Positions 29,582-39,371 of a stretch of DNA of 64,000 nt are shown in pieces. A model generated the notes under the pieces. It was not told the DNA's origin, made no database searches, and worked only from the letters and a program-made list of their open reading frames with translations. A program made the position numbers and the translations under genes. Position 1 is the stretch's first letter; the number at the start of each line of letters is the position of its first letter. This stretch comes from an uncultured virus (IMG/VR IMGVR_UViG_3300007512_001367) (taxonomy: Duplodnaviria > Heunggongvirae > Uroviricota > Caudoviricetes): the IMG/VR virus record IMGVR_UViG_3300007512_001367, positions 1-64,000 of that record. The stretch is one strand, 5' to 3'.

Positions 29582-30684
29582 TTAGACTCCATAGCAGTTA
29601 TGACATACTTGCCAAACTTCTTATGGAACCTATCAAAAGATTTTAGTTTGCTAGGATCGAACGGAAGTTTATAGTTTGTTAAAGCAATCTTGGCACCCAT
29701 AACAACTAACTCTGTTTCAAAGTTATCCATCATGTAGTGAAAGAATCTGTCTGCTTGTTCGTTCCAATTTTTTGTTTTCTTTTCATGTGCTTGTTGTAAT
29801 TCATAACACAACGAAACAGTTAAAGAATACATCGCTGATATTTCTTTACATTTTAAGTCTTTAACTTTCCCACTTAATATATCTGATGGATTAGGTAGTT
29901 GGCCGCTCACCTTACGGTGATTCATAAACTTAACGGCCAACCCTTCTCCTACTGCACCTGCAACGAGGTCAGTGAGCGTACTTTCTGGCAGGTCGTCAGA
30001 TAGAAGTTGTGATACGAAACTCCAAGATCTTGGAGTTGCGAAAGATCTTGATGATCCTTTTGGATCAAAATCATATAAATCTTGTTTTGCAAATGTCACA
30101 TAACCTACAACATCAGGATGAATATGATTAAATGTTGCCCATTCCATCCAGTCATCGTAGTCTACTCTTAATTCTATGTGAACAAATCTGTTGGCTAATG
30201 GAGCCGGCATTCTGTAAGTGACACCTTTGTCAGCATCTCTGTTACCAGCCGCTACAATTGAAACACCGTCGGGCAGTTTATATTGTCCAACTCTTCTGTT
30301 TAATATAAGTTGGTACGCCGCCGCCTGTACTGCCGGTGCCGCCGAATTTAATTCATCTAAGAAAATAATTGATGTTGATTTTACATCTACTGGTAATTCA
30401 GCCGGTGCGGCCCATACCATATTATTTTCTTTTGCGTTATAATAAGGAATACCCTTAATATCTGTTGGTTCCCATAAAGGAAGTCTAATATCAATAACTT
30501 CTCTTTTTTGAGAATCTGCAATTTGTTTAACTATGTCTGATTTACCAATACCTGGTGCTCCCCACATCATTATTGGTCTTTGTAATTTAATGCAGTGTTC
30601 TAGTGCCAGTTTCGCTTCATTAGGCGTAACCGTTCTATTTTGTGATCCTACTGCTTGTTTATCTGTTTGTTTTGCTCTTGCCAT
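29578..30684 (-). CDS. MoxR-like AAA+ ATPase
   Basis: GAPGIGKS Walker A, IFLDE Walker B, AAGN, PLANRF, TPRSW. Confidence 0.88.
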   Translation of the reverse strand: MARAKQTDKQAVGSQNRTVTPNEAKLALEHCIKLQRPIMMWGAPGIGKSDIVKQIADSQKREVIDIRLPLWEPTDIKGIPYYNAKENNMVWAAPAELPVDVKSTSIIFLDELNSAAPAVQAAAYQLILNRRVGQYKLPDGVSIVAAGNRDADKGVTYRMPAPLANRFVHIELRVDYDDWMEWATFNHIHPDVVGYVTFAKQDLYDFDPKGSSRSFATPRSWSFVSQLLSDDLPESTLTDLVAGAVGEGLAVKFMNHRKVSGQLPNPSDILSGKVKDLKCKEISAMYSLTVSLCYELQQAHEKKTKNWNEQADRFFHYMMDNFETELVVMGAKIALTNYKLPFDPSKLKSFDRFHKKFGKYVITAMESK

Positions 30685-30720
30685 TTTGTCTATAGCTCCT
30701 CGTTTAATTGTTATAATACT

Positions 30721-30748
30721 ATAATAACATACTATTATAATGCGTCAA
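30721..30748 (-). promoter_or_regulatory. Sigma70-type promoter for the AAA/vWA operon
   Basis: TTGACG-16 bp-TATTAT with an extended TG. Confidence 0.6.
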
Positions 30749-30778
30749 CCTGGTAATTATGGCTAAAAAGTCGCTATT

Positions 30779-31174
30779 TTATTGGGTTTTTTGCTCATCT
30801 GCCTTGCTCATTGCCCGTGCTAACCCGTATTTTGTGACATCTCCAGCAAACATCATGAGCTGTAATGCCATTTTTTCCATGGTTACTACTATTTGTTTTT
30901 TATCTACATAATACGGACAATCCACGAATTCATCCAACCAAAGAAAGGTTTGTGGAGTGAATATAATTTTTGCTGGAAATTTAATTTCGTAAACTTTAAT
31001 ATCTAAGGATTGTATCCATTCATAGCCTATTTTTGTAAGTCTTAATGAACGTGCTTGGTAAGATTCACGGACATTTTGCCACCAAGTGAAGTATGCAGTC
31101 TTAATACTTTCTTCGTGCAACGGTTCTTCCTTGAGCATTAGGAAGGTTCGAGTGTATGCCGTCTTTACGTCCAT
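30779..31174 (-). CDS. Hypothetical phage protein
   Basis: ORF track. Confidence 0.75.
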   Translation of the reverse strand: MDVKTAYTRTFLMLKEEPLHEESIKTAYFTWWQNVRESYQARSLRLTKIGYEWIQSLDIKVYEIKFPAKIIFTPQTFLWLDEFVDCPYYVDKKQIVVTMEKMALQLMMFAGDVTKYGLARAMSKADEQKTQ

Positions 31175-31182
31175 ACACTTAA

Positions 31183-31470
31183 TTATCTAGTGAATTTGTC
31201 GCCTGTTTTTAAAAGATACACCGCAAACTTGTCTGTCTTATGCATGGTATTAAGTTTTTTAACCAAGTTTTCTGCGTGTCCTGGATTTGAAAATGAAACT
31301 TTTTTGTACTTAGGTCCTGGGTAATTAGCAACCAAACTAGATGATTTTAAATTAATAGGTTTACCGTCATAAAACACGGCCCATATACCTTCTGCCGCAA
31401 GAACTTCGTCCAATTTATATGTTTCCTTATTGGAGTACTGAAGTAAGACTGTTGGTTTCGGTCTGCTCAT
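31183..31470 (-). CDS. Hypothetical phage protein
   Basis: ORF track; TAAATA at 31483-31488. Confidence 0.75.
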   Translation of the reverse strand: MSRPKPTVLLQYSNKETYKLDEVLAAEGIWAVFYDGKPINLKSSSLVANYPGPKYKKVSFSNPGHAENLVKKLNTMHKTDKFAVYLLKTGDKFTR

Positions 31471-31523
31471 AATTACTAGTTGTATTTACCAGAAACTATT
31501 AATGGACGAAAAACAAAAGTTAG

Positions 31524-32105
31524 TTAAAGATTTATAGGCTTATTCAACCATGTGTTATAAATTTGCAACGACCAGGTTTTGTCTTTGATTTGAAAGTTAT
31601 TAAACACGTCGTCAGGAAATTGACTTGTACCGATGTTTTTAATGTCAAATGTATTAGAAAATTTAAAAGTATCTTGCCATTGTTGTAAACTGTTCGCATA
31701 ATTTTCAACGAATGTGTTGGCAGTATTTTCAATATATTTTTTTGCTTCTTCAATTACTATGTCACGATGTTTTTTTTCAAAACGGGTAGCACATTTTTGA
31801 AACATAGAGCTATCTGAACAAATAATTTGTATGGTATTTTTCTTTTTTGTAAGGCAAAAATCTGTATCGTGTGACAATGTATATTCGGAGTCATTATTTT
31901 CAAATTTTTTAAAGTATTCTTCTTTTTCTTCATTAGAATATCTAAAAAATTTCTTCATTATTTGACGATCTGTTTTAATTTTATATTGGTTGCAAACAGA
32001 ATCCTCAATTTCAGTTGGTCCATGTGTATGTAGGTAATCTTTGTTAATCATACCTAGTATTAAATCACCACACATACCACCACGAAATAAAATTATATTA
32101 TGCAT
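31524..32105 (-). CDS. Hypothetical protein, possible sulfotransferase/P-loop-like fold
   Basis: N-terminal IILFRGGMCGD; SHD motif. Confidence 0.4.
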   Translation of the reverse strand: MHNIILFRGGMCGDLILGMINKDYLHTHGPTEIEDSVCNQYKIKTDRQIMKKFFRYSNEEKEEYFKKFENNDSEYTLSHDTDFCLTKKKNTIQIICSDSSMFQKCATRFEKKHRDIVIEEAKKYIENTANTFVENYANSLQQWQDTFKFSNTFDIKNIGTSQFPDDVFNNFQIKDKTWSLQIYNTWLNKPINL

Positions 32106-32775
32106 TGTATTGGAATAAAAACTTTATGTTGCCGTTTGTTGTATCTGGATTTTCAAGTATATCATAATTGCCATTTCCATCTTTTATTTTAGTTATGAAT
32201 TTAATATTTTTCCATAGTAATTTTAGGTTATATGTTTTTTCAATATGTTTTGCAAAAGTTTCAAAGTATACTTTATGATCAATAGTTAAACGATTCCAGT
32301 CAACAATTTGTGTGTCTCTAAAACTATAAAAAAATAAACAATTAGGTTTCATAGCTTTTACATATTTAGAAATATGGTTCTCAACAACCGAAAGTTCACA
32401 CCAAATATCTCCTCTATTGTTTATGACAATAAAATTATCAAATATTCTACCGTTAATTTTTGCTATTTCAGACCTGTCATTTATTATTTGTGCTTTTGGA
32501 TAAAATGTTTTGACAATTGGCCATTGTTCGATAACTGTAAGATTAGGAATTAGTTCTTCTAAGTAATATCCAGCACTACCAAATATACAAGTTTTGCCTT
32601 TTTGTAATTTATCAATAATAAATTTGTCATATTCATCTATTATTATTTTGTTTTTGTTTTTACGATTTCTTAACCATAATTCATGTTTAAGTCTACCCAT
32701 ACGATATCTTCTATAATTGTGTTGATCAGTATTAATCATAGGATAATCAGTAAAATGTTCTATTAATTTTTTCAT
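32098..32775 (-). CDS. Hypothetical protein, possible degenerate methyltransferase fold
   Basis: CIFGSAG, MKPNCLFF. Confidence 0.4.
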   Translation of the reverse strand: MKKLIEHFTDYPMINTDQHNYRRYRMGRLKHELWLRNRKNKNKIIIDEYDKFIIDKLQKGKTCIFGSAGYYLEELIPNLTVIEQWPIVKTFYPKAQIINDRSEIAKINGRIFDNFIVINNRGDIWCELSVVENHISKYVKAMKPNCLFFYSFRDTQIVDWNRLTIDHKVYFETFAKHIEKTYNLKLLWKNIKFITKIKDGNGNYDILENPDTTNGNIKFLFQYNA

Positions 32776-33323
32776 TTGCTTATAAAGTAATGTCGATCAG
32801 GAACACTCCAAGTAAAATTTAAACCATAGTCAGTATAGTTTTTGCTTAAATCTACAACTGTATTGTTTGGCAATGATTGTTTTAGCCAACTTGTTATTGC
32901 TTGTTGGTAGTCAGTAGGTAGTTTTAAGGGTATTTTTTTGTTATCAATGTTAAGATAATGTCTGTTTAAACACAAATAAATGTTATCACAGTTGTTTAAC
33001 CAGGTGTTTATTTGCTCTATAATGCCCGTACAAGGGTATCTTGAGTATCCTTGGTGTGTGACCAGTAATAGTTCTGCTTGTTTAATATTGTCTACAAATT
33101 TTACAGTTGGAATATTAATATCTAAATGTACTTCTTCAATATGATGTATTTGTTTATAATTATTTAAAGTAATAAAATCTTCAATTTGTTGTAATCTTCT
33201 TAATTTATATTTGTTGTCGTAGAATTTATCTTGAATTCTTTTAAAATTTTTTGCCCACTTGTATAAAGCAGTAGGTTTTATTATTGTAATTTTTTTATTT
33301 TTTGCTATCAAAGGTACCACCAT
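32772..33323 (-). CDS. Hypothetical protein
   Basis: ORF track; start uncertain. Confidence 0.55.
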   Translation of the reverse strand: MVVPLIAKNKKITIIKPTALYKWAKNFKRIQDKFYDNKYKLRRLQQIEDFITLNNYKQIHHIEEVHLDINIPTVKFVDNIKQAELLLVTHQGYSRYPCTGIIEQINTWLNNCDNIYLCLNRHYLNIDNKKIPLKLPTDYQQAITSWLKQSLPNNTVVDLSKNYTDYGLNFTWSVPDRHYFISK

Positions 33324-33546
33324 CCATTTCGATATTGATAGTTTTGGCCTCTTGAGCAGTTTTTAATGCTTCGATTATTTCTTCTTGTATTGTAACAAGT
33401 CTAGTCATTACTTGTGTTAAGGAATCTGCTAATTGATCAGCCTCTCGAGCAGTTATACGAATATCACTGGTTCCCTTTTGACGTAGAGTACGTATTCTAC
33501 CTAGTAAATTTTCAATTGGTTTAGTCTGAATTTTTGAGTGCTTCAT
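33295..33546 (-). CDS. Hypothetical helical protein
   Basis: ORF track; ends EMDGGTF. Confidence 0.7.
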   Translation of the reverse strand: MKHSKIQTKPIENLLGRIRTLRQKGTSDIRITAREADQLADSLTQVMTRLVTIQEEIIEALKTAQEAKTINIEMDGGTFDSKK

Positions 33547-34051
33547 TTAATTGTGCAACCATTTCTGTTTTTGATTTAATTGGTCCTTTGTAAGGATATC
33601 GTTGTAATGTAATTATTTTTGGACAATATGCTTTACGCCAATTTACAGTTTCAAATTTTACAATATAATAGCCTGCACAAAACATACTTTTAGATTTAGG
33701 TGTTTTTGTATATAAAGGTAATCCTTTTTGTACGTTCCATAATGGATTATAAGGTTTTTGTGAACAAGGATATCCGTGAACCTCAAAGTTTTCTGCGTGT
33801 TTTACGTCCCATTTGTTTACAAATTTTTCTTGTTCTTTTATTTCTTTAGGTACAGATTGATTGTCTTCAAAAATATTAAATCCAAACTTTGTGAACAGGC
33901 TTTCTTGTGTATGATAAACTTGTCTTTTATCTTGTTTGCTTAAGAAGATCCAACCATCATCTTCTTTTTTTTGCAGGGTTCCTAATTTTTGGCCGTTTTG
34001 CTCAACTATCCAAAATTTATCTTTAACAAGTGTTTTCGCTCTTACTGTCAT
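33521..34051 (-). CDS. Hypothetical phage protein
   Basis: ORF track; coupled to the exonuclease gene. Confidence 0.75.
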   Translation of the reverse strand: MTVRAKTLVKDKFWIVEQNGQKLGTLQKKEDDGWIFLSKQDKRQVYHTQESLFTKFGFNIFEDNQSVPKEIKEQEKFVNKWDVKHAENFEVHGYPCSQKPYNPLWNVQKGLPLYTKTPKSKSMFCAGYYIVKFETVNWRKAYCPKIITLQRYPYKGPIKSKTEMVAQLNEALKNSD

Positions 34052-35034
34052 GCACTTAACCTCGCATTAAATGGCTCCACATACAATTGAGCCTGTTCAC
34101 TAATTTTATTTAAATCATACTTGGCACAGAACCTCATGAATCTGATTCCAACTTGTTCTACACTTTTATTTTCTGCCTTAGCCTGTGCAATCGTTTGATC
34201 AAGTTCTTCTACAATAGCTTCTGGTTGTGCGTGTAAATCAACTAATAATTTATTTCTTTCATAATCGTCCATAACTCTGTGTTCTTTTCCTTCATGATCT
34301 ACCCATTTTGTTAGCATTAAATTATTCCATGTATAACCTTTTGCTTGTCTATCTCCAAATGCTTCTTTTAATCCTATTTTGTTTTTAGTACCTTTTGTTC
34401 TTACACCCGGATATGCACTAAAAATATTATCGGAAGGATCACCCCTCATAGATTTTTCAAATATTATCCATTCTATATCCGGTGCATCTTTAGGTAATTC
34501 AGTTTTTTTATCTATTATTTTGTTGCCTTTGTTGTCAAACCATCCTTTGTGTGTAATAGTTGTTTCTGTAATCCCATTGTATTGTTTAACATTTTCTTTT
34601 ACAAGTTGATTTAAATCTTTATCAGTGCTTAAAATAACGTGTTTATCGTTTGGATGTTTATCTATCCAACGTGCAATTAAATCGTCTGCTTCGGCACGTG
34701 AGTTTTGTAATACTGTTGCATTTGTTTTTGTTTTAATAAAATTAGTAAGGTCATCATAGCACTCCCAAAATATTTTATTTTCTTCTTTTTCTTTATCACT
34801 CATTGCTTCAAATGTTTCTTTTCTATTTCTTTTATAAGGTGCGTAATGATCCTTACGCCAACTACGTCCTTCTAAACAAAATATAAGATGAGAACCATTA
34901 AAATCTGCCCATGCTTTTTTAATAGAATTCATAGTAATATGAATAGCCATACCTATTTTCTCGCTAGTATCACCACGAATAACGTGCCTAGCACGGAAAA
35001 AAGTATTTGCCGTGTCTATTAATATATGAGTCAT
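34048..35034 (-). CDS. rnh: 5'-3' exonuclease / T4-type RNase H (FEN family)
   Basis: LIDTAN, EADD, STDKDL.QL, GDPSDNI...PGV. Confidence 0.88.
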   Translation of the reverse strand: MTHILIDTANTFFRARHVIRGDTSEKIGMAIHITMNSIKKAWADFNGSHLIFCLEGRSWRKDHYAPYKRNRKETFEAMSDKEKEENKIFWECYDDLTNFIKTKTNATVLQNSRAEADDLIARWIDKHPNDKHVILSTDKDLNQLVKENVKQYNGITETTITHKGWFDNKGNKIIDKKTELPKDAPDIEWIIFEKSMRGDPSDNIFSAYPGVRTKGTKNKIGLKEAFGDRQAKGYTWNNLMLTKWVDHEGKEHRVMDDYERNKLLVDLHAQPEAIVEELDQTIAQAKAENKSVEQVGIRFMRFCAKYDLNKISEQAQLYVEPFNARLSA

Positions 35035-35036
35035 GT

Positions 35037-35357
35037 TTAAGAAACTTCCGTTTTTCCGTCGTCTCTTCTGTTTATTTGAACATAACCAGATCCTGAAACA
35101 TCAATACCTTGTTCGTTGCCGATTGTTCTACAGAGAGTTTGAAACCATTTGTCGACTATTTGTTCTTCGCTATCCCCTTGATATCCATGTTGTTGTAAAT
35201 TATTGACAAATTCTTTATTCCAATCCAATTCAAAAAAACCATTTCTTGGATTTTCTGGATTAACATTCATGTTTAGAACCTTAACCCAAGGTTCCTCGCT
35301 TTTGCCTTGAGTTTTAGTTTTCTTAGCTTTTGATTTTGTTGTCTTTTTTATTTTCAT
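35037..35357 (-). CDS. Hypothetical phage protein
   Basis: ELDWNKEFV motif; ORF track. Confidence 0.75.
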   Translation of the reverse strand: MKIKKTTKSKAKKTKTQGKSEEPWVKVLNMNVNPENPRNGFFELDWNKEFVNNLQQHGYQGDSEEQIVDKWFQTLCRTIGNEQGIDVSGSGYVQINRRDDGKTEVS

Positions 35358-35359
35358 TA

Positions 35360-35410
35360 TTAAAATATACCTAATAATAAAACTACTGCTACTACTATTA
35401 TAATTTCCAT
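35360..35410 (-). CDS. 16-aa hydrophobic micro-protein (not in the ORF track)
   Basis: AAGGAG-6 nt-ATG; MEIIIVVAVVLLLGIF*; fills the gap after queE. Confidence 0.55.
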   Translation of the reverse strand: MEIIIVVAVVLLLGIF

Positions 35411-35423
35411 GTTATTCTCCTTG

Positions 35424-36311
35424 TTAAGTTCCCCATTTATTACCAAACAAATCTACGTGTAATCTTGGCGAAAACTTATATCCATATTTTAAACAAATTT
35501 CCGCTACTTGTCTACCAGTTTTTGCCTGTCCTTCTAACGTTGCTCCTAGTGGCATAAGATATATGTCAGCTTCTATTCCTTTGTCAGAAAAAGCCTTTCT
35601 TGCTAAATCAACTTCTTCTATATCTTGTTCATCCATTACCACAAATTTAAAGTATAAATGTGTGTTTGGTATTTGTGAATATTGGTAAGCAACTTCAGGA
35701 CGTATTGCTTTTGCCCAATGCTCTCCTGATATAGATAGTTTAGGTGATGTAGACCAAGTTACGTGAACTGGATGTTTTGTATAATCACCAGCAGTTAAAC
35801 CGTGCATAAATTTGTCAAAATTATCTTTCCATGGTTGTGTACAATTAGTTTCAAATGTAATATTTTTTATGAAACGAAATTCAGGTTGTCTTATTAATGC
35901 TTCTAATTGTCTTTGCCACATTAAGGGTTCGCCACCTGTTATAACAAGATGTATGTCTTGTCCGGTAGAAGAAATCCACTTGCCTTCTGGTGTATGACTT
36001 AATATTTTTTTAGCAATAACATCAACCGGATCCCAATCTACAAGATGTTTGTATCTTGCCGCCCAACTGGCACTAGCATCACAACCAATGTCTACTACTG
36101 GTAAGTCTTTAACGTGTTTAATATTTGTAAGATCCATTGTAGCATATGGCATTTCTTCTGGTTTAAGCCATTTGCTTTTATCTCTGCCTTGTCCAAATCC
36201 ATGACAGTGAAAATTACAACCAAATGTTCTAAAAAATACACTTGGTACGCCTGCAAAACGACCCTCACCTTGTATGCTTCTAAATATTTCAGAGTACCTA
36301 ATTTTCTCCAT
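35424..36311 (-). CDS. queE: 7-carboxy-7-deazaguanine synthase (radical SAM)
   Basis: EIFRSIQGEG, FRTFGCNFHC...CD, VITGGEP, ETN, SPKL, PRLH. Confidence 0.85.
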   Translation of the reverse strand: MEKIRYSEIFRSIQGEGRFAGVPSVFFRTFGCNFHCHGFGQGRDKSKWLKPEEMPYATMDLTNIKHVKDLPVVDIGCDASASWAARYKHLVDWDPVDVIAKKILSHTPEGKWISSTGQDIHLVITGGEPLMWQRQLEALIRQPEFRFIKNITFETNCTQPWKDNFDKFMHGLTAGDYTKHPVHVTWSTSPKLSISGEHWAKAIRPEVAYQYSQIPNTHLYFKFVVMDEQDIEEVDLARKAFSDKGIEADIYLMPLGATLEGQAKTGRQVAEICLKYGYKFSPRLHVDLFGNKWGT

Positions 36312-36316
36312 ATTAT

Positions 36317-36345
36317 ATTATACTATAATTATTTAGATTGGTCAA
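36317..36345 (-). promoter_or_regulatory. Sigma70-type promoter for queE (leaderless)
   Basis: TTGACC-17 bp-TATAAT, then 5 nt to the ATG. Confidence 0.75.
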
Positions 36346-36436
36346 TCCAGGCTTCTGGACATAATGTTTTCATGGCTTCTATTATTTCTTTAATGGTCCA
36401 ATTACCATTAATTTTCTTTTCCATTTCATCAGACAT
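36329..36436 (-). CDS. 35-aa hypothetical protein (not in the ORF track)
   Basis: TAATG coupling to the cupin gene; MSDEMEKKINGNWTIKEIIEAMKTLCPEAWIDQSK*. Confidence 0.5.
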   Translation of the reverse strand: MSDEMEKKINGNWTIKEIIEAMKTLCPEAWIDQSK

Positions 36437-36825
36437 TATCTTTTCTTCTTGTCGAGTCTAACCACGTTGTCTCTTTCTTTAAGATGGCCTACAGATTCTC
36501 TTTCAATATCGCTGTGATCAAAATTTGCCCAATATAATTCAAAAGCAACTCCATCTTGTAAACCCTCAAAGGAATGGTATAGTCCAGGTTTAACTGCGGT
36601 AAAATTTCCGGGTTCTAATATTGTTTCATCAACTAGATCATATGCTGTTTGCCATATGCGGATTTTCATTTTTCCCGACATACAATAAAAACCATTCCAT
36701 TTGTATTTGTGTTTGTGCTTAGAACACACACCACCTTTTTTAAAATCTATTCTGTGAAATTCAAGTGAACTATTTGCTAGGATAAGTTCTGTAGATCCCC
36801 AAATTTTTCCTGCTATATTCGACAT
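36436..36825 (-). CDS. Cupin-domain protein (sugar isomerase-like)
   Basis: KIWG, CSKHKH, VKPGLYHSF. Confidence 0.75.
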   Translation of the reverse strand: MSNIAGKIWGSTELILANSSLEFHRIDFKKGGVCSKHKHKYKWNGFYCMSGKMKIRIWQTAYDLVDETILEPGNFTAVKPGLYHSFEGLQDGVAFELYWANFDHSDIERESVGHLKERDNVVRLDKKKR

Positions 36826-36840
36826 AGTGTTATTATATAA

Positions 36841-37569
36841 TTATTTCAATGTTTTGTCAAAGTATATTTTATTTTTTTCTATAAATTTTTCAATTTTTTG
36901 TTTTGGTAAATTAAAAGTTTTAATATTTAATATTTTACAACTATCATTGACTAATTTTTGCAACTTGTTTACATATTGTACGTTATCAGGATCAAACATT
37001 ATGTCGTGTTTAGGATCAAATATATCTTTTTTTAAATACCGATTTGTTTCTTCTTCGATAAATTTACATCGTTGTTTTATATTCATACCTTTTATAAAGT
37101 ATTCTGGTAATTCCTTAATAGGTTTTTTAATTTGTTTATACCAAAATTCAAGGTAAACTCGAGGATGATATCCTCCAACTTCTACGTGTCTTCGTGCATA
37201 TTTTAGTCTTTCTTTTTCTTTACAAATTACTAGGATTTTTACATAATTTTTAAAGTATTTTTCATAAGGTAATGTAGCAAAATCATAAGTTGCCATTCTA
37301 TGTATACCAATATTTTTTTTATTAAATTGATCAAAAAATTTTGACAGTTCATTGTTGTTCATATTACTAATTTTTTCGTAATCATTTTCGTTGTGAAATA
37401 AATTTATTTGTTTTTTATAACTATGATGTGCATTAAGTTTATATTCATCTCCTTCAATTTCTTCTGATAGAACTATGTTGGCATCTGGATGATGAGAAAA
37501 TAGTCCAGCTATAAATGTTCCAAACATTCCAGATCCATACATTATAAAAATTTGTGGTTTATCTATCAT
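36841..37569 (-). CDS. Hypothetical protein, sulfotransferase-like N-terminus
   Basis: IFIMYGSGMFGTFIAGLFSHHP. Confidence 0.45.
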   Translation of the reverse strand: MIDKPQIFIMYGSGMFGTFIAGLFSHHPDANIVLSEEIEGDEYKLNAHHSYKKQINLFHNENDYEKISNMNNNELSKFFDQFNKKNIGIHRMATYDFATLPYEKYFKNYVKILVICKEKERLKYARRHVEVGGYHPRVYLEFWYKQIKKPIKELPEYFIKGMNIKQRCKFIEEETNRYLKKDIFDPKHDIMFDPDNVQYVNKLQKLVNDSCKILNIKTFNLPKQKIEKFIEKNKIYFDKTLK

Positions 37570-38344
37570 TAATTTTTTTGTTAATTAAGTGTGCTACACC
37601 CAAACTAGTTTTAATATCAAAATGTCGTCCATCACGACTAAAATCTAATTGTTTTACTTCAGTTACATTGTTTTTCATTAAAAATAATATTTTCTTTTTA
37701 ATTGTTTCTGAAATCTCATTATCATAAGCTGTTTTTTCAGATTGTCTATTCTCCTCGTTAATATCGTTATATGTAGAAAGAGGTATTGCTAGATGTATTA
37801 TTTTTGTTGGTAGTGAATTCACTGCTTCATAGTTCTTTAAAAAGTTTTTAATATCGGCGTTATCCCCAAAATCGTTTTTATCATGTAATTGATCTATGCC
37901 ATTGACTCTTCGTCTATGAAGATAAGACCACATTATTACTATTAGTTTAGGGTTATATGTTTTTTCAATTGCTTGTACTCTAAGGGCAATAGTATCATTA
38001 CTGGCACCATCCTGTCCTAAATTTATACATCTTTTATTAGTAATTTTTTCCAGTAATGCAGGCCAAGATTCGTTTTGTGGTTGTCCACAACCTAATGTAA
38101 AACTATCACCAACGCACCATATAACATTAGATAAATCATCAGGCCATTCATTATCCCTAAAGCCTTTCGAATTATATTGGTAATAAACTTTTTTAGGATA
38201 GTTGTTAAAATGTTCAAGATGTCTTGCATGAAATTCTTTGGTATGTTTAGGATCGTCTGTACTAGAGTACTCTCCACTATAATTAACTTTAGTTGCTACC
38301 CTAAAAGGGTCTTTGTAATTGTCTATACTAAATCGGTTTTTCAT
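37559..38344 (-). CDS. SGNH/GDSL-like protein
   Basis: YNSKGFRD, GDSFTLG, NLGQDGASN, DGRH. Confidence 0.65.
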   Translation of the reverse strand: MKNRFSIDNYKDPFRVATKVNYSGEYSSTDDPKHTKEFHARHLEHFNNYPKKVYYQYNSKGFRDNEWPDDLSNVIWCVGDSFTLGCGQPQNESWPALLEKITNKRCINLGQDGASNDTIALRVQAIEKTYNPKLIVIMWSYLHRRRVNGIDQLHDKNDFGDNADIKNFLKNYEAVNSLPTKIIHLAIPLSTYNDINEENRQSEKTAYDNEISETIKKKILFLMKNNVTEVKQLDFSRDGRHFDIKTSLGVAHLINKKINDR

Positions 38345-39306
38345 TATAATTTTTTATCATGCCAAAAATCATATGTTGCATTAGAAGTATCAATCCAGTT
38401 ATGATTTTTAGCAAAAGACTCGAATTTTCTTAGACAGTTATTAAAATTTTTAATTTGTCTTCGCTTATCGTATAGTGTAGTGTTTTTAATTGGTTGGTTC
38501 ATTATTTTGTTTTCGTCTACTAGTTTTTTTGTATATCTTTTATATTGTACTAACGCACCTAATTCTTTATTGGTATATTTGGTTAGTTTTTTGCTAGTCA
38601 TGAGAGCGTTAAATGTTTCGTATTCAATTTTTAAAATTCTCGATAATTCTAGTTTAAAGTTATTTTTATATGTATTTTTAAATCCAGTTAGTTGTTCTAA
38701 TATTTTGTCGGAATTAGTAATTACATCCTCATAAGCAATTTCAATAACATCAGGAAAGTTATCTTTTACCCAGTACGTATAATTAAGGTATTGTTGACAT
38801 TTTTTTTCGAAAAAATCTTCTTTAACCGATTTAACTTTAAATACTTTTTGTTTGTCATCTCTATTATATACATTTAATATTCCAGATTCCTCTCGTATAC
38901 TCCAACTCAATGCGTATTCAAAAATATTATTTCTTACGCACATTATTTTTTTATCGTATACTTCATTTAAAAATTTATAAAAATTAGTAACAAGTTCTTT
39001 AGATTCTCCTAAATGTTCTGATCTATTATCTAAATGATATTTGGCAACTCTGCTTATAATATTTGTATCTTTTGAAGATTGTCTTATAATACTTTCTATT
39101 TCGGGCAACGATTGTGCATACATTTGTTTCCATCGTGAACCTATAAATCTTTTATCATGTACAGCAATATTATCTTCTAATAGTATTCTGTTAGTTAATT
39201 CGTGGGTATTAACGGCATTAACGTTCTCTAACGAAAATGTCATTGTTAAAAGTCTTTGTAAAATGGTAGAACCGACGCCGTCAGGAGTTAGTATTAAGAA
39301 ATTCAT
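38344..39306 (-). CDS. Sulfotransferase-like (P-loop) protein
   Basis: LILTPDGVGSTIL, R.NIFEYALSW, IAYED; ATG at 39306 lies 5 nt after TAAATA. Confidence 0.55.
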   Translation of the reverse strand: MNFLILTPDGVGSTILQRLLTMTFSLENVNAVNTHELTNRILLEDNIAVHDKRFIGSRWKQMYAQSLPEIESIIRQSSKDTNIISRVAKYHLDNRSEHLGESKELVTNFYKFLNEVYDKKIMCVRNNIFEYALSWSIREESGILNVYNRDDKQKVFKVKSVKEDFFEKKCQQYLNYTYWVKDNFPDVIEIAYEDVITNSDKILEQLTGFKNTYKNNFKLELSRILKIEYETFNALMTSKKLTKYTNKELGALVQYKRYTKKLVDENKIMNQPIKNTTLYDKRRQIKNFNNCLRKFESFAKNHNWIDTSNATYDFWHDKKL

Positions 39307-39327
39307 ACCAATATTTAAATGAAATAT

Positions 39328-39357
39328 CAACAGGGGGTAAAAAAATACCCCCTATTG
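39328..39357 (-). terminator. Stem-loop after yhhQ (probable intrinsic terminator)
   Basis: Perfect 8-bp stem agggggta-aaaaaa-taccccct, extendable by caa/ttg. Confidence 0.65.
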
Positions 39358-39371
39358 AAAATAAATCAATT

